A stretch of 15,600 nucleotides of DNA, from NCBI GenBank assembly GCA_041576165.1, contig JBFGLM010000080.1:1-15600 (forward strand), given 5' to 3'. Below, one piece after another: positions 12,941 to 15,600 of the stretch (position 1 is its first letter; each line of letters starts with the position of its first letter). The notes under the pieces are model-generated. The model was given only the letters and a program-made list of their open reading frames with translations, was not told the origin of the DNA and made no database searches. This DNA is from Acidimicrobiia bacterium (lineage in GTDB: Bacteria > Actinomycetota > Acidimicrobiia > Spongiisociales > Spongiisociaceae). Made by a program: the position numbers and the translations under genes.

Positions 12941-13978
12941 ATGAAGCTCACGCTGGAGGACATCGGCCGCTTGGCCGGGGTTTCCCGGTCGACGGTGTCT
13001 CGGGTCGTCAACGACCAGGACAGTGTGAGCCCGGCGGTTCGCCAACGAGTCCAAGACGTCATCGAGCGCACCGGATTCATCCCCAACGTGGCGGCCCGGT
13101 CGCTCGCTTCGAGCAGATCGGGCGTTGTCGGTCTCGTGATTCCGAGCCGAGTTCACAGCCTCTTCGAAGATCCGTATTTCGGGCGCTTGATCCAGGGCAT
13201 CAGCCGCGCCAGCAATGAGGCCGGCAGGACACTCTCGCTGTTCCTCTTCCAGACAGAGGAAGAGGAGGAGCGCCTCTACCCGCGCGTCGTGCGCTCCGGG
13301 CTCGTCGACGGTGTGATCCTCACCGCCTCGCGGATGGGAGACCCGTTGATGGCGGCGCTCACCGAGGGATCGATGCCATTCGTCGTCATCGGCCGGCCCG
13401 ACGTCCCAGCGCTGGTGAGCTATGTCGATGCGGACAACATCGGCGGGGCCCGCCAGGCGGCGTTACACCTGTGCGGCCTGGGCTATCGCCGCATCGGATA
13501 CGTCGGGGCCCCGATGTCGACCTCCGCGGGAGTTGATCGCCTCGAGGGCTTCCGGGACGGGCTCGCCAGCTGCGGAGCCGTCCTGGACCCCGAGCTGCGT
13601 GCCGACGGTGCGTTCTCCGAGCAGAGCGGCTACGAGGCGATGCACAAGATCTTCCCGCACCGTCCAGAAGCCGTTTTCGTGGCCTCCGACACGATGGCGA
13701 TTGGAGCGCTCCGGGCACTACGTGAGCTCGGGGCCGCAGTGCCCGACGACCTGTGCCTCGTCAGCTTCGACGGCTTGCCGTCGTCCGAGACCTCGGTGCC
13801 CCCGCTGACGACCGTGCGCCAGCCGATCGCCCGAGCGGGGGCAAGGGCGGTGGAACTGCTCCTCGGGCTGATCAACGGCGCAATCTCTGGACCGGTCGCC
13901 GAGATCATGCCCACGGAGTTGATAGTCAGAGACTCATGCGGCGCGCTACGCCGACCTATCGACCCGGAGGCCGCATGA
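12941..13978 (+). CDS. LacI-family transcriptional regulator
   Basis: HTH LTLEDIGRLAGVSRSTVSRVVN, hinge FIPNVAARSL, DPYF, VDGVI, VDADNIGG, VFVASDTMAIGAL, VSFDG...PPLTTVRQP, ELIVRDSC. Start is uncertain (TTG 12887 or GTG 12896 are possible). Confidence 0.95.
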   Translation: MKLTLEDIGRLAGVSRSTVSRVVNDQDSVSPAVRQRVQDVIERTGFIPNVAARSLASSRSGVVGLVIPSRVHSLFEDPYFGRLIQGISRASNEAGRTLSLFLFQTEEEEERLYPRVVRSGLVDGVILTASRMGDPLMAALTEGSMPFVVIGRPDVPALVSYVDADNIGGARQAALHLCGLGYRRIGYVGAPMSTSAGVDRLEGFRDGLASCGAVLDPELRADGAFSEQSGYEAMHKIFPHRPEAVFVASDTMAIGALRALRELGAAVPDDLCLVSFDGLPSSETSVPPLTTVRQPIARAGARAVELLLGLINGAISGPVAEIMPTELIVRDSCGALRRPIDPEAA

Positions 13979-14050
13979 GAGTGTGAGATCAGGCTCGGGG
14001 CTTTGCCGCCCCGGGCACCGTCCGGTGGTGCTTAGGCAGGCGACCACCGC

Positions 14051-14078
14051 GGGAGCGCTCTCAATGGGGCCGCTCCCA
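14051..14078. promoter_or_regulatory. Second pair of LacI-family operators, upstream of the substrate-binding protein gene
   Basis: GGGAGCGCTCTC (14051-14062, 11 of 12 match) and TGGGGCCGCTCCCA (14065-14078, 12 of 14 match to TGGGAGCGCTCCCA). Confidence 0.7.
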
Positions 14079-14117
14079 CCAGTAGAAAACGAAGCCAACG
14101 AGAGGCAGGAAGACAGT

Positions 14118-15533
14118 ATGAATCGGATCCGATGGATAGCACTGCTCGCAGTGCTGATGCTCGTAGCCGCGGCGTGCGGCGACGACGCCGACGACACCAC
14201 GGCGGCGCCGGGCACAACGGCCGCCACTACCACGGCGGCGCCTGGCACTACAGCCGCCGGCGATACCACCACTGCGGCGCCAACGACGACGACGCCGATG
14301 GGGTTGGAAGGCACTCTGAAGGTGCTCTTGCACCAGAACCCACCCTTGGTGGAGTACATGGAGGACTTCAACCGCCGGTTCATGGAAGCCAACCCTGGCG
14401 TCCAGGTTCAGATGGAGGTCGTGGCCTCGGGTGACATTGCCACGGCTGCGCAGACTCGTCTCACGGCCGGGGATGTCGACGTCATCGACTACTGCCCGGG
14501 AGGCTGTTCGGCCTTCTCGAACGGTGTCCAGCCGTACATGACGGATGCAGACACTCCGTTGTGGCAGCAGCTGATCGATGCCGGCTTGATCGCTGATCTC
14601 ACCGATCAGCCTTTTGTCGCCAACTATGACCCGGTGGCGGTGGCGGATGCCACTACCTACAACGACCGTGTCTACGCGCTGCCGGCGGGTCGTGTCTCGT
14701 ACAGCGGCATGTTCGTCAACAACGATCTACTCGCGGACGTCGGTCAAACGATTCCCACTACCTGGAGCGAGTTGTTGTCGGTGTGTGACGCGGTCCAGGC
14801 CGCCGGAAACGAGTGCATGACCGTGGGCGGCGCCGATGGCTGGCCTGTCTTCGTGGGTGCCTACGGCCTCTTGGGCGCCTACTACCCGGATCAAGCGGGT
14901 CTAGTAGAGGGCCTATGGACCGGCAGCATCAAGTGGAACGACGCGAACGGCATAGAACTGTTCAACCGGTTCCAGACGTACGCCAACGACCTGCTCGAAG
15001 ACGGTGTGACGGGGATCTCGCATGACGCTGGACCCGCCCGCTATGCCGCCGGAGACGTGGCCTTCATGCCCACCGGTGTGTGGCAGGCACCTGCGGTCGA
15101 GGACGTGGCGGCGTTCGATTGGACCTACGTGCCATTCCCCGGCAGCGACACCGCGGCCGACAACCAGTTCCTGTTCGGCAAGTACGACATGAGCTGGATG
15201 GTCGCGGAGGGCTCGCAGAACAAGGACGCGGCGTTGGCTTATGTGGCGGCGCTGTCCGATCCGGCCGAATATCAGACGTTCGTCAATGCGGTGGGCTTGA
15301 TCCCTACCCAGCCGACGTCGACGCTCGACACCAAGCTCGGTCAAGCCATAGCTGACCTGATCCCGAACTACCGGGTCGGCTTCGAGCAGTACTGGGTGGC
15401 GCCCAAGGGCGCGGGTCAGTGGGCCAACGGAAGTCAGGCGGCGTCCTTCTTTGCTCCGTTCAACGAATGGACAGACCCCACGGCGCTCGCCAACCAGGCG
15501 CAAGCCGACCTGGAAGCCGGGCTCGCTTCTTGA
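14118..15533 (+). CDS. Carbohydrate ABC transporter substrate-binding lipoprotein (SBP family 1 type)
   Basis: AGGAAG SD before ATG 14118. Lipobox VAAA-C and Thr/Ala linker. Motifs FMEANPGVQV, YNDRVYALP, FVNNDLL...IPTTWSELL, AGDVAFMPTGVW, NKDAALAYV. Downstream of lacI with shared operators. Confidence 0.92.
   Translation: MNRIRWIALLAVLMLVAAACGDDADDTTAAPGTTAATTTAAPGTTAAGDTTTAAPTTTTPMGLEGTLKVLLHQNPPLVEYMEDFNRRFMEANPGVQVQMEVVASGDIATAAQTRLTAGDVDVIDYCPGGCSAFSNGVQPYMTDADTPLWQQLIDAGLIADLTDQPFVANYDPVAVADATTYNDRVYALPAGRVSYSGMFVNNDLLADVGQTIPTTWSELLSVCDAVQAAGNECMTVGGADGWPVFVGAYGLLGAYYPDQAGLVEGLWTGSIKWNDANGIELFNRFQTYANDLLEDGVTGISHDAGPARYAAGDVAFMPTGVWQAPAVEDVAAFDWTYVPFPGSDTAADNQFLFGKYDMSWMVAEGSQNKDAALAYVAALSDPAEYQTFVNAVGLIPTQPTSTLDTKLGQAIADLIPNYRVGFEQYWVAPKGAGQWANGSQAASFFAPFNEWTDPTALANQAQADLEAGLAS
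14196..14297 (+). repeat. Degenerate coding tandem repeat (TTAAPG-like) in the lipoprotein linker
   Basis: Translates to TTAAPG TTAA TTTAAPG TTAAG D TTTAAP TTTTP; ACCACGGCGGCGCC occurs twice. Confidence 0.7.
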
Positions 15534-15600
15534 CGCCTAAGTAACAGCCGAAGGCCGGTTGCGGGGCTCCCCCCGCGGGGCGGAGGCCCCCCACCCAAAA

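Noticed and set aside
13983-14117. N-terminal extension of the SBP ORF
   Set aside because: It covers the operator region. The signal peptide and SD define ATG 14118.
15563-15590. GC-rich stem-loop after the SBP gene
   Set aside because: Imperfect and at the window edge. It could be an intra-operon stabilising hairpin or a terminator, which cannot be decided without downstream sequence.
1-15600. CRISPR arrays, tRNA/rRNA genes, transposases or integrases
   Set aside because: None recognised by eye. The repeats found are coding repeats, operators or hairpins. A covariance-model search would be needed to exclude small RNAs.

Overview
High-GC actinobacterial window (probably Acidimicrobiia; inferred from Thr-rich lipoprotein linkers and actinobacterial promoter/operator motifs) with 15 supportable CDSs. 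From left to right: the 3' part of a large repetitive DUF7507/DUF11-type surface protein; a small hypothetical gene; a secreted protein with RTX-like Ca-binding repeats; an RHH antitoxin-like gene apparently fused to an unrelated gene remnant; a DUF222-HNH (13E12-type) gene; a coupled lipoprotein plus secreted PKD-like protein pair; DUF1801; a Mut7-C ubiquitin/RNase protein; an NAD salvage operon nadR-pnuC-nrtR; pirin; a KdgK-like PfkB kinase; a LacI regulator; and a sugar ABC substrate-binding lipoprotein. The most informative signal is regulatory. A perfect LexA SOS box overlaps the DUF222-HNH start codon, and PafBC/RecA-NDp-type promoters sit before two consecutive genes. Tandem NrtR operators lie over a canonical TTGACT-N17-TATATT promoter, tandem CelR/CebR-type GGGAGCGCTCCC operators flank lacI, a SigR/SigH-like promoter precedes pirin, and six genes look leaderless. 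No rRNA, tRNA, CRISPR array or transposase was recognised. Family assignments come from motif recognition only; no searches were run.
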